Assembly: GCF_011386835.1 (NCBI RefSeq)
Contig: NC_088803.1
Coordinates: 37,696,001 to 37,760,000 of the forward strand
Length of the DNA: 64,000 nt
Direction: 5' to 3'
Source of the DNA: Chrysemys picta bellii
Taxonomy: Eukaryota
Shown here: positions 11,694-22,870 of the stretch, in pieces
How the letters are laid out: every line of letters starts with the position of its first letter
Numbering within the stretch: position 1 is the first letter of the stretch
Made by a program: the position numbers and the translations under genes
The notes under the pieces: model-generated
What the model was told of the DNA's origin: nothing
The model's database searches: none
The model's input: only the letters and a program-made list of their open reading frames with translations

Positions 11694-12958
11694 ATGACAG
11701 CTTCTGCTCGATAATGATCCAAAGCAGAGTGGACCGACGCATTTTCATTTTCATCATCTGAGTCAGATGCCACCAGCAGAAGGTTGATTTTCTTTTTTGG
11801 TGGTTCGGGTTCTGTAGTTTCCGCATCGGAGGGTTGCTCTTTTAAGACTTCTGAAAGCATTCTCCACACCTCGTTCCTCTCAGATTTTGGAAGGCACTTC
11901 AGATTCTTAAACCTTGGGTTGAGTGCTGTATCTATCCTTAGAAATCTCATATTGGTACCTTCTTTGCATTTTGTCAAATCTGCTGTGAAAGTGTTCTTAA
12001 AATGAACATGTGCTGGGTCATCATCCGAGACTGCTATAACATGAATACTCGGCAGAATGCAGATAAAACGGAACAGGAAACATACAAGAGGGGGGAGGGA
12101 TAGCTCAGTGGTTTGAGCATTGGCCTGCTAAACCCAGGGTTGTGAGTTCAATCCTTGAGGGGGCCACTTAGGGATCTGGGGCAAAATCAGTACTTGGTCC
12201 TGCTAGTGAAGGCAGGGGGCTGGACTCAATGACCTTTCAAGGTCCCTTCCAGTTCTAGGAGATGGGATATCTCCATTAATGTAATTTATAAATTCTCCCC
12301 CAAGGAGTTCAGACACAAATTTAATTTACGCATTATTTTTTTAATGAGCACCATCAGCATGGAAGCATGTCTCTGGAATGGTGGCTGAAGCATGAAGGGG
12401 CATATGAATGTTTAGCATATATGGCAAGTAAATATCTTGCAACGCTGGCTACAACAGTGCCATGCGAATGCCTGTTCTCACTTTCTGGTGACATTGTAAA
12501 TAGGAAGCAGTCAGCAGTATCTCCCGTAAATGTAAACAAACTTGTTTGTCTTGGCAGTTGTCGGAACAAGAAGTAGGACTGAGTCGACTTGTAGTCTCTA
12601 AAGCTTTTCATTGCTTTGTTTTTGAGTGCAGATATGTAACAAAAAAAATCTACATTTGTAAGTTACACTTTCACGATAAAGAGATTGCACCACAGTACTT
12701 ATGAGGTTAATTGAAAAATACTATTTGTTTTGTTTATCACTTTTACAGTGCAAATATTTGTAATATAAAATGAGCACTGTATACTTTGTATTCTGTGTTG
12801 TAATTGAAATCAATATATTTGAAAATGTAGAAAAACATCAAATATTTAATAAATTTCGATTGGTATTTTATTGTTTGACCGTGCGATTAATTTTTTTAAT
12901 CGCAGTAAATTTTTTGGAGTTAATCACATGAGTTAACTGCTATTAATCGACAGCCCTA
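11694..12958. mobile_element. hAT transposon relic: transposase C-terminal region with internal inversion and one TIR
   Basis: + strand 12367-12576 encodes LEWWLKH...LATLATTVPCECLFSLSGDIVNRKQ, a hAT C-terminal dimerisation domain. - strand 11697-11977 encodes TALNPRFKNL...ALDHYRAE, the adjacent upstream segment. Right end reads TTAATCGACAGCCCTA (12958). Left TIR not found. Confidence 0.9.
12089..12287 (+). mobile_element. Tortoise Pol III/SINE-type tRNA-derived SINE with CR1-like tail
   Basis: A box TAGCTCAGTGG (12101-12111) and B box GAGTTCAATCC (12144-12154). CR1-like tail GGACTCAATGACCTTTCAAGGTCCCTTCCAG. About 96% identical by eye (about 7 differences) to 16831-17031. Confidence 0.9.
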
Positions 12959-13102
12959 GTTTTCATTCTTTTCTCTGCAGGTATAAGAGATGGAAACTTA
13001 TTTTTTTAAGTGAAAGCTGAGATTCTCCCATAATCATTTGACTCCAGGAGCCAGGGCTTTAAGAAATGCAATATTTAGTGTACAACAGGCAAACATCAGG
13101 AG

Positions 13103-13433
13103 TAAGGCTAATATTTTGTCACGGATATTTTTAGTAAAAGGCACAGACAGGTCATGGGCAAAAAAAAAAATAAAAAAAAAATCAAAAAAAATCACAGGAG
13201 CTGTGACCTGTCTGTGATTTTTACTAAAAATATCCATGACAAAGTGGGATCTGCAGATCCCCATTCCACCTGAAGCGGGGCAGCTGCGCAGGGGCTAGGA
13301 GCTGCCTGCAGCAGCTGAGGCTGCAGGGTACTCCTGCTACCTGCAGCTCCGGGGATGCCCCCGCTACACACAGCAGCTGGGAGCTGTCGGGGTGCCCGCA
13401 CCTCCACATCTCCGTGACTAAATTGTACCCTTA
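13103..13433. mobile_element. hAT MITE (331 bp) with internal hairpin
   Basis: TIRs TAAGGCTAATATTTTGTCACGGA / TCCGTGACTAAATTGTACCCTTA. 8-bp TSD ATCAGGAG / ATCATGAG, 1 mismatch. Internal inverted repeat 13116-13154 / 13204-13242. Confidence 0.85.
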
Positions 13434-13547
13434 ATCATGAGTGTCAGCAACAGAGGGGAAAAGAGGATGCAATATTCGAACAGAATAGTCTGTATAATAG
13501 CGGACACCTGTAAATAGTAATTTCACTTAATTCTGTATATGTGTAGG

Positions 13548-14646
13548 TGTGACATACCAGGTACAATCCAGACTAATAGGTATTTGTGTCACCCTTGCTC
13601 TGCAACCTTGAGTGTCTTACAGAGTCCTGCTGAAGGAGCTCCCACCCGGGATGCTCACAAACGGCCTTCCAACATGCAAGCTACACCCTGAGTGTGTCTC
13701 TGTAACTGCAGCCTGCCAGTCACACTAGGGTTACACTCTGGCTCTCACCAGTCTTGATTATATTGCAGGGTGACTTCTGGATTTTCCCCAGAAATATGCA
13801 TCCCAGCTCTCTCCTGGGCAATATAAGCTTATATATAAAGTCCTTCATTTATTTAATAGAAATGATATGCACATGTCCTGTTACCCCAAATATTGTTTCC
13901 CAAACACTTCAATTCAAACACACTGGATTAGATAAAACAAAACAAGTTTATTAACTATTAAGAGATTTTAAGCAAGTAAAGGTAATGAGGCATAAAAGTC
14001 AGAAATGGTTACAAGAAAAATAAAGATAAAATGCAACTAATACCTAACTGAACAAACTTTGTTAAATTTAAAACAAAGTTTTTCTGACCACATGCTCTCA
14101 ACAGTCTTACTGGCCAAACTTCATAGGCCAGAACACCTTCTTCTGTTTAAAGGCTGCTTCCTTTGCTCTTTGTGGTGCAGTAATCAATGTACAGAGAGTG
14201 AGGAAGTGGTTACATTGGGGTGTCTGCCCCTTTTTATATTCCTGGAATCCCTTTGAGAAGCATTTCCAGCTAGGAGCATGATGATAGGCAGACTGTGTGG
14301 ACAGGAACTCCATGCTGTTTCTTTGCTAAGATGTAGATTTTTTCCCCCTGCCCCCTTTCATGCTTAAGAATAGCCACTTAGTAGGTAATGGTCCATTCAC
14401 CTTGTTTACATCTGGCTGAGGCATCAGCATGCCCTTTGTCTCTGAGGAACTGGTTTCGCCACTCCCCATACTTGGAACATGTTTTAGTAACACCATACAG
14501 TGGAATCCTATAATTTTACATATAGTGTTGCCACATTTTATCAGGACAATACTAACCAGCAAAGTATGAATTTTCAAATGATACCTAACAAAGCATACTT
14601 TGTACAAAGATTACTACAATGGTGGACACGGGTATATCCCATCACA
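13548..14646 (-). mobile_element. Solo LTR, about 1.1 kb (probably Gypsy-type)
   Basis: Termini TGTGACATACC...GGTATATCCCATCACA (TG...CA with short IR). Flanks GTAGG / ATAGA may be a decayed 5-bp TSD (3/5). AATAAA signals lie on the minus strand (TTTATT near 13848 and 13948). Confidence 0.65.
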
Positions 14647-14919
14647 ATAGAGTTTGTTTGTGTAAACTTTCCCCTTCTGCCCTCCTACCCAGTATTTATT
14701 AGCTAGGAAACTTTATGTAGGCCTTTAGGCAGAAGTGGGCCATGAGGAGGGATTTGAACTATGTAAGAGCAATGACCTGGCTCAACTAGTTAAAAGATTA
14801 AGTATCCCTTATAAGCATCTTCTTTCCTCAGTTGCTGTTGCAATATGGTATTGAATAGTAACAGTATGGTATTTACTAGAAATCTGGACAAATCCATTAA
14901 AATCTTGTTCATGTGAGCT

Positions 14920-15643
14920 TGTCACAGGGTGCACCACTGCTTGCAGAACCTCCTGCTGGTCACTCTGGGGATTAGCTCATTCAGTCAACACCATCTTCTG
15001 CAGTTTGCAGACCCGTCGCTCCAACTCTCTGTCCGGCCTGCAGTCCCTCTCTCCATCTCAGGAGCCACGGCATCCTCTCCATGACTCAGTCCTCCAGCTA
15101 GGTCACTCAAAGGACCCCTTTTCAGGGAATAGTTCCTTAGCAGTCCTAAGCACTCTTCCCATTCTCTGCTGTGGTGCCATTCCCCTCATGACTGATAGAG
15201 GAACCCAGGCCCACCCTCTTCTCTGGGTTCCTTCCAGCCCAGGGTCCTTCAGTTCAGCTGTCCAAGCTTTCTCTCTCTACTCTCATTGCTCTTTCCCCAG
15301 GCTGCTTCCTGCCACTGATTCTCCTTCTCTTTCTTGGTATACCAGTTCCCAGTGCCTCCTCCCTCTTCCCAGGGAGTGACTACAGCCAGCAGTCCCCAAA
15401 CCCTCACCCCATATTCAGAAAGTGCCTGCCCTTTCCCAGCAGCCCCCTCTGCTTCCTATTTCCTGGCTTTGTAAGTCCTGCTCATCTCATTCCTCCCCAG
15501 CTGGGCTCCCTTACTCATTGTGGGGATTACTTAGCAGCCTGATTCCCCTCAACTGTGGCCTGTTGAGTTAATTAGCCTCCTTCTTGGCCCTCATTAACCC
15601 TTTCTGCAAGTGTCTGTGTGTGCGGAGGGGATACCTCATCACA
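14920..15643 (-). mobile_element. Solo LTR (724 bp), related to 4724-5700
   Basis: TGTCACAGGG...CCTCATCACA termini. Perfect 5-bp TSD GAGCT (14915-14919, 15644-15648). Shares CCTCCT(G/A)CTGGTC...GG(G/A)ATTAGCTCA with the 4724 LTR. Strand assigned by analogy. Confidence 0.85.
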
Positions 15644-16667
15644 GAGCTACACAAATGAAATCCTGTAAGAATCATTTGCAGCAGCTTGCATTGGATTTGT
15701 GCACTGAACCATGCCGGTTGGTTTGGGTGGTACAGAATTCAAATAGGTGGGTTTTTGAGCAGCAGTGCTACACTTCGTTTATCAGCCTTTTTAGTTGTCT
15801 CAGCTGCTGAGACGCACATTCTATATATATCTGTTTAAAAGTTCTCCAAATGCTTACCTTATTTCCTGCTATTTACAGTGGAACTAGAAGCTTAATTGTG
15901 TTCATTGTAGAACACAAGCCTTATCTCTTCCTGTCTTTCACCTTCAGACTGTAGTCGCCTTTTGTGATTACTCTTAGGCAAAAGCAACAGGTATTGCCTC
16001 CTTGACCTTCCTTCATAACAGGAAGGGGGCCACATGGCAGTATCAGTTACTCAATTTTGTATTCTTGTCCAACATCAGTCCAGTCACTGTACTTTCTTGC
16101 CCAATATTATTTTTAACCAGATATTTTCTACTCTACTTTACCAATGATACATTGTAATATAGCATTCAAAATAAATGAAAAAGTAGAGGCTGTATTACTG
16201 TTTCATATTGCTGTTGTTAATAATAATTAATAATAATCAACATGGTATGAAAAGCACATGCCTTACTGGAGCTCTCTGGTACCACATTGCTGAACACAAT
16301 GTAAATATGCCATCAAATATTACAATTGTGATTGCATTAATTGCTATATTAATATAATATAGCAATTATATATTGTGTGTGAGAATTAAGGCAGTTTCAT
16401 TTTCCACCTGTAATTATTTTTTGCATGTTAATATTTGAATGTGCATATCAGTTCAATTTTCCTTAATACGTTTTTTTCCTTTCTATAAAGAAATACATCT
16501 GTTACTGTTTTCTCTTCACAGGATGAACAAAGGGTTGTTGGAAATCCACAATTATTATTTGTGGCTTTTTCAGAGAAGGGGAGAATGAGGTTTCTTTTAT
16601 TTTTTTTTTAAAGTTTTGGTAAGGTTTTTTTAAACTTTACACAGTTAAGAAATCTATCTAAGCATGT

Positions 16668-17071
16668 GCCAAGATTTTTTTAAAATGGGTGCCTAAACTT
16701 ATGCTTCTAAGTCCAAATCTGGGCATCAGAATATGTGGCCTGAGTACCCAGCAGCCTTTCATGGCTGCAAGATGATTTGCTGGGTGCTCGGCACTTTTGA
16801 AAATCAGGCCATGCTCAGCTGCCTAAATATGGGGGGAGGGATAGTTCAGTGGTTTGAGCATTGATCTTCTAAACCCAGGGTTGTGAGTTTAATCCTTGAG
16901 GGGGCCACTTAGGGATCTGGGGCAAAATCAGTACTTGGTCCTGCTAGTGAAGGCAGGGGGCTGGACTCAATGACCTATCAAGGTCCCTTCCAGTTCTAGG
17001 AGATAGGATATCTCCATTAATTATTATTATTAAGCATAAGTTTAGGCACCCATTGAAAAAAAAATCTTGAC
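16668..17071. mobile_element. Palindromic TIR element split by a SINE insertion
   Basis: Perfect 23-bp inverted repeat AATGGGTGCCTAAACTTATGCTT (16684-16706 / 17032-17054). Outer CCAAGATTTT / AAAATCTTG. Inner GGCCTGAG...AAAATCAGGCC hairpin. Confidence 0.7.
16831..17031 (+). mobile_element. Tortoise Pol III/SINE-type tRNA-derived SINE (second copy)
   Basis: Same sequence as 12089-12287, with C>T changes in both the A box (TAGTTCAGTGG) and the B box (GAGTTTAATCC). (TTA)n tail. Confidence 0.9.
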
Positions 17072-18430
17072 TGATTCTTGGATCAATTTCTGAACTGTGT
17101 AAATGCTAGAAGTTAAAAAAAAAAAGTTGAATAATGCAAATTAATCTTCCACCATCTACCCACCTCCTTTTCTCTGGAAAAGACTAACTTTAGGCACTTT
17201 TTATAAAACTTGGCCAATCTATCCAGCAGTTTCTGAGTGATCCTGCAAAATGCCCACTGACTCCAGTGAAATGAATGCAAAGTTCCTTCAAGCTCCAGCT
17301 GTAGCAGGAGCAAGTCCACACAGTATAATAAGAAAAGTATTGCCTTTCTGAAAGTTTAAGACATTTAATTTTGCTGAGACACATACACCCCCTTTAGGGT
17401 ATAATGCAGTGATGTGCATCTTGTACCACTAAGGAATATTATGCCACATCTCTAGTAATTATTTAGCCTTGGGTAACACTTCACTGAATTATTAATGTTA
17501 CTTATTGCTCCACACAACATTTAGTCCCTGAATCCACCCACACGAATACTAGTCTCTGCTTGGTCGATTTTGATGACAAAAATAACAAATTGGAACTATA
17601 ACATTTGTTTACTCTGAGCACATTAAGCTGGTAGTTATCAAATAAGAACTGTATTACCACCTTAAATTACTTTCAAAATAAAATCAATAGCTTTTTTAAA
17701 CACAGACCAAGCAAACAAACAAAAAATTAATTGTCCCCCAGCAAGGCCAGTAACAAGTTTCATTTACTAACAAAAGGAATTTCAGGGCAAAAGCTGGATA
17801 TATTGGTAGCCTGGGGGAAGAGAGAGAATAATAAATTGAATGCGGCTTATTTATTTCTTCCCTAATACAAATAGCTCAACAGGCATATGTCAAGTTTAAG
17901 GTGCCTTATGACACAATTAATAAGAATAAACACATTTATGATTCATTTTGATTCAGTGGCAGCTGTTGGATTCAAAGTGGATTTTAATTGTTTCTTTTTG
18001 ACAAAGTATTTTAGGAAATAAAAACTCCAGCTGGTAGAATGACAGTTCATCAATACTTCTGCTTAGGATGTAAGATCAGAGTCTGATCTAATTCAGATAT
18101 CATGTTAGTTCTGTGTTCAGCACGCTTCACATTTCCAAATTTGTTTGTCTCCTGGCCATAGATATTCCCCTCTACCCCTTTCGTCTAGTTGAAATGACCA
18201 AGACCAGTCACTCTGAAGTGACAAATGATGTCCAATACCCAATAATAGCTGGATGCTTCCCCAACAGGAGGCTGCTGCTAGTGTTGCAAAGTATAGGCAC
18301 GATCCAACTCTTATTGATGTCAGTGGGGTATTTTGCCCCATAGATCAGGCTCTACACTACATTACTTCATCCAGTTGGCAAATTTTCAGAGAGAATCCTT
18401 GATGGTATCTGCAGTCTCTTTGGGTAGTTT

Positions 18431-18566
18431 GTAGCTATATGCATCCGAAGAAGTGGGCTGTAGTCCACGAAAGCTTATGCTCTAATAAATCTGTTAGTCT
18501 CTAAGGTGCCACAAGTATTCCTGTTCTTTTTGCGGATACAGACTAACACGGCTGCTACTCTGAAAC
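18431..18566 (+). mobile_element. Short (136 bp) Penelope-terminus insertion with 13-bp TSD
   Basis: Perfect TSD CTTTGGGTAGTTT (18418-18430 / 18567-18579). Body matches 9063-9182 and 37382-37476. Confidence 0.9.
18441..18480 (+). ncRNA. Minimal type I hammerhead ribozyme motif (Penelope-associated, predicted dimeric)
   Basis: Stem I GCAT (18441-44) / ATGC (18477-80). Core CCGAAGA (U4C variant of CUGANGA) plus one extra A. Stem II GTGGGC-TGTA-GTCCAC. GAAA at 18469-72. Palindromic AGCT in place of helix III. Predicted cleavage after CUU (18476). Confidence 0.7.
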
Positions 18567-21032
18567 CTTTGGGTAGTTTTGTAAGTCTAATATATGCTGA
18601 AAGCTTTCAGAAAACTGAGCATTGAGATTTCCTGCTATTTTATTATGTATGCATTGAACTGCTTGCTCATGCTTTATTTAGCCCAAGCATAAATATGCTG
18701 CAGACTAACACAGCGGGTTATGGATTGACCACCTTAAGCCAGAGCCTGGGGAATGCCTGTTAGCACTGCTAAAGCTAATCACCCTTAAAGGGGAACATAT
18801 CTTGCTTCTATCTGCCAGGGTTCTGCTGTCAGGATAGATTAGAATAGTAGATTGCTGACCATGAGTTTTTATTATGGCAGCCAGTGTAAGTGGCATGATA
18901 ACTTTACACAGTGAGAGAACTCCCTACAGCTAGGGTAGCAACAGCAGTTTAAAGTTAAAGTGGAGTTACAAAAACTACCTGATGGATCTACTGTAGGTGG
19001 CAGCTCCTTCTACATCCCTGGATGAACTATGCTAGTTTTGTTTTCTTTGTGGACCTCTAATAGATCCGCTAACGTAGAAGATCTCCACGAAGCCTCCCAA
19101 TAGACTTCCAAAGCATTGGTTGGTGGGCAGCGGCAACATTAAAAACCCATTTTAGTATTAATTGGAGACTTCCTGCTCTATAATCTCTCTGGCTGCCTTC
19201 TGTCTTCTTTGAACAGCAGGAAGATGGGAAAAGATTGCCATCGCATACAGCCCCAGCTCTTTGAGCAGGTTACAGAGCAGCGTTCTGCTCATGGTTCAAG
19301 CGTGGTCACTGTGGCATTCTATGAACAAATGTGAATCTTTGAAAATCCATTGAATGCTTCTGGGAAAGTGCTGAGTATGCTCAATTCTCAGTGCGTTGAG
19401 GGAAGCCCAGCACTTCACAGGATTAGAACTTTGGTTCCATTTCCAAATTGATCTCATCTGATCTCATTAAGTGCAGGTGCCCAGCGTGCCTAAGCTCAGC
19501 CCCCAAATATCCCTCTTCTATTTAAATGGAATTGTTTAATTTCTCCTTTAGATTCACTATTCCTAGCCTTACCATTGTAGTATGAACCCATGTGTTATGG
19601 GATCAGGCAGTTCCTTATATCCACAAAGAGTAGGGTCCTGCTGCCATAACATGTCACCATTGGAGTAAAATTTCAGAGTGCTGGAACTGACAACAAAGGA
19701 CAGTTTGACAGTAAAACAGTCAAACACATTGTAAGGGTTCTAATAAATCTTGCTGGATGGAACATCATAAAGGGCAATAAATACACTCCCATGACTATTG
19801 CATTGTTTACAGGGGTAATTGTTTACAGGAACAAGCTGTGTCTGTAGACAGAATGAGTTTCAACATTTTTTTTCAAAGACTGTTTTAAAGTCATTTTTAT
19901 AGGTCCCCCCCCCCCTCCTTATTTGCTCTCCATTGCTTTCTTAACATCCTCTTCAATGTCTGACTGCCATTTTTCTTCTTATTTGTTTTTTCCCAGTTGG
20001 ACAATCACTGGTTCTGTTTGGGAAAGAATTTAAATGGCCTTGGTTGTTGTACTTAACTGCAAACACGTGGTTCATAAAACAGTAGAGGTGAAACGTGGAT
20101 GAGTTATTTAACCAGCTTTACTAAAATACTCCATGTCACTGGAATATTATCATTTGTTTTCTAACCATATGACATTTTTATTCCTTGTGTGTATTTCGTA
20201 GGGAACCTATGTTGAAATGAAAAACTCTTTGATGAGGATGCACTGTCTGTGTTTGTCTTCCTGCTTATTGACTTTAGTGGAGCAGGATTTGGCCCCCTCT
20301 ACAGGTGTGGCTAAGTCAACAGAGAAATCCAATGATCTTCACTCTGCACAAATAGCATATATTTTAGCACCAGTTCTCTTAGGGGAGGAGCAGGATTTCC
20401 CTTAACCAAAGATCAGCAGTTCAAATCACCCTTCAAAATATTTGTCTCTCTCTACATCACTTGCTGCTTATATAACTGCTCCCCTCCCCTGCTTGACGTG
20501 AGCAAAAATTGATTGAACCTAGCACCTTTGGTATGGAATATAATGAGCTGGTCCAATTGAGGTGGAGGAATAACTCTATTAGACAGCAGCTGTAGTATAT
20601 TCTTTTCGTCTTATATGGATCAAATGTATGTGTGTGTGTGGGGGGGGGGGACAAAGACCCATACTCTCCTAGACTGGGTTACACTTACACTGGCTTCTAC
20701 ACAGTCTTACCCTTGTTTTTGCAAGAGCCTTTTCTCCTGTAGCTGCAGGTATTAGGAAGACCCTCCCTGTTTCTCTCCATCTCATGTCAAATCTCAGAGG
20801 AAAACATTTTTCTCTATTTTGCGTAGTCCTCTTAATTGCTTTACCAACTTCTGCTATTTGTTACTGAACTGTGCAATAGTATAATTTCCATTTTGGAACA
20901 CACATTATATGGAAAAAGCTACACAATACAATTTTCATGTTGTGCTGTAAGAAAGGCTAAATTGCTGACCTCTGTATCTGTTTGCTTACTTTTGTGTCCT
21001 CCATTCACTTCTTTTCATGTACATATTTTGAA

Positions 21033-21100
21033 TGAAATCCTAGACCCACTGAAGTCAATGGAGAAAAACTCCCTTTGACTTCAAAGTGGCCAGGATTTCA
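21033..21100. mobile_element. Short hairpin MITE
   Basis: Nested perfect arms TGAAATCCT/AGGATTTCA, GAAGTCAA/TTGACTTC and GGAG/CTCC. Confidence 0.7.
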
Positions 21101-22699
21101 CCCTTTCAGCTTTGGTCCATTTAGCTGGCACTTAGACATGGAAGGTTATTACCTTGCTTCTATTTTTTGAGAAAAAGAGTAGGCATGTAAAACTATGATT
21201 ATTTTGTAAATTTCTCTGTGACTTCTAGTTTCTAGTGCTATTTTCAGCTGGAGCCAACACTCACATCCTGATGTTGCACTTCTTTAGTGTATCAGTGCTG
21301 TGATATAAAAAGTGACACACTGTGGCAATATCACAGAATAGGTGTCAGGTGTTTTTTGATGTTCGGGACAAATAGGCTTCAGTGAATGTTCTGTATAATG
21401 TCTGTTAAATATGAACAAGGAAAAAATGATCTTACTGACCTATATATAATCTTTTGTAAAGTCAGGTTCCAATGGGCCTTAACCACATGCATTAAAGGCT
21501 TTCTGAATTAGAGCTCTTTTGGACCAGGCACCTAAACGCTTCATTCAGTTACGTCTCCAGGGCACACTTCCTATGTGAAGCCTAGTAGCATTAATCCACT
21601 ACCCACAAAAGAGTTTGTTTATTGATAAAAGCTCTTTAACATAAAAAACAAAACTCCACAGCATTGTTTGAGAACTCCATCTTCTAATTGCCCAGTACTT
21701 TATGCTTGGTGGGTGAAATTCACCCCTTCATAGATGACTGGCAGAAGGTCTATGTGCCACTTAAGTCATCAGGGATAGGTTCACCCTACATATTGCTTGT
21801 CTAATTAGATCTATCTATGGTATGTATAGGATGACAATCACTGTTCAAGCCTCATGTTACTATATGCAAACCTCATTCTTCCAGGACAGGGACGATGGGT
21901 CCAGTCTTGCTCTCGCTAAAGTAATGGCACAACTCCTAAATAAAGAATGTATTTTTCTTAATATTTTGCTGTTAACCAAGCATCATTTGGAGATCATCCA
22001 AAAGCAAACAGACTATGTACCTATTAAATTTTTTATTTACAGAATGCACCTACTAATGAACTCTCTGGGCTCATCTACAAAATAACATGGAATTATTGCT
22101 TTATAACCAAAAATCAAAGGAAAATCAAAAGAGACAGTTATGCCACCAGTCCCTACTTTGCGCTAACAATAACCTATGAAATTTGACCTCTTTTTCACCA
22201 ATGGGCAAAGTGTTTTCCAAATAAAGGACTCTCACTAGCAGTTAAATCTGGAGGCTGGCAGCTTGAGCACTTTGGCTTGTCAAGGTAAACTCAAGAAATG
22301 AAGACTCTTGGCAGGGTGCAACACACCTGCATGGTGAGTGAATGTACAACTAAACCAAGCATGCTATTATCGCAAATGAGCCCAACTTATTCATATCCCA
22401 TCAGGGTCATCTCAGCTCTTCATTCCTCCAGGGCAAATAAATTGAGTTCCAAGTAGTTTATTCTGCATGTTGCTTTCCGTTCTCTGCCTAGGCATCAAGG
22501 GCCTGTTTTCGCAATATGCTTGGCATATAATTTGACTTGCTGAATGTGTGTACGGTTACCACAGTTTTGCATACAAGATGGGTAACTGTATTTGAAAATG
22601 CACCTAACTAGTCATTTGCCTGAGCTGTAACTGAGTGTGCAAATCTACTGTAGTTGTGTTTGAAAATCTGGGTCTGATAATTCTATGTCAATTTTTTAT

Positions 22700-22870
22700 A
22701 AGTGCAGGGCTTAGCTCCAGAATCTTTGGCCAAAATTTCCCCTACCTATCCTCCCCTTGCTTTGCAGTGTACTGTATGCTGGCTGGTGGTTGCCCTCTAT
22801 GCTAAAGGAGACGGCATTTCAGTGATGGTGTATGTGCACTGTCTCTTTCAGATGCTATACACATAAAATG
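22700..22870 (+). mobile_element. Possible AmnSINE1/Deu-domain SINE 3' fragment
   Basis: GGCCAAAATT..CCTACCTA..CCCC and GCATTTCAGTGATGG resemble my recollection of the AmnSINE1 3' half. Highly diverged. Confidence 0.3.

Noticed and set aside
12089-12170. tRNA gene (also 16831-16910)
   Set aside because: The A/B boxes run into a CR1-like tail, no complete acceptor stem forms, and there are two near-identical copies. These are SINE heads.
12960-12987. Recursive splice site (polypyrimidine-CAG|GTATAA); similar at about 40533-40550
   Set aside because: The reconstituted donor is weak (GTATAA, GTTAGG) and there is no evidence for the host transcript.
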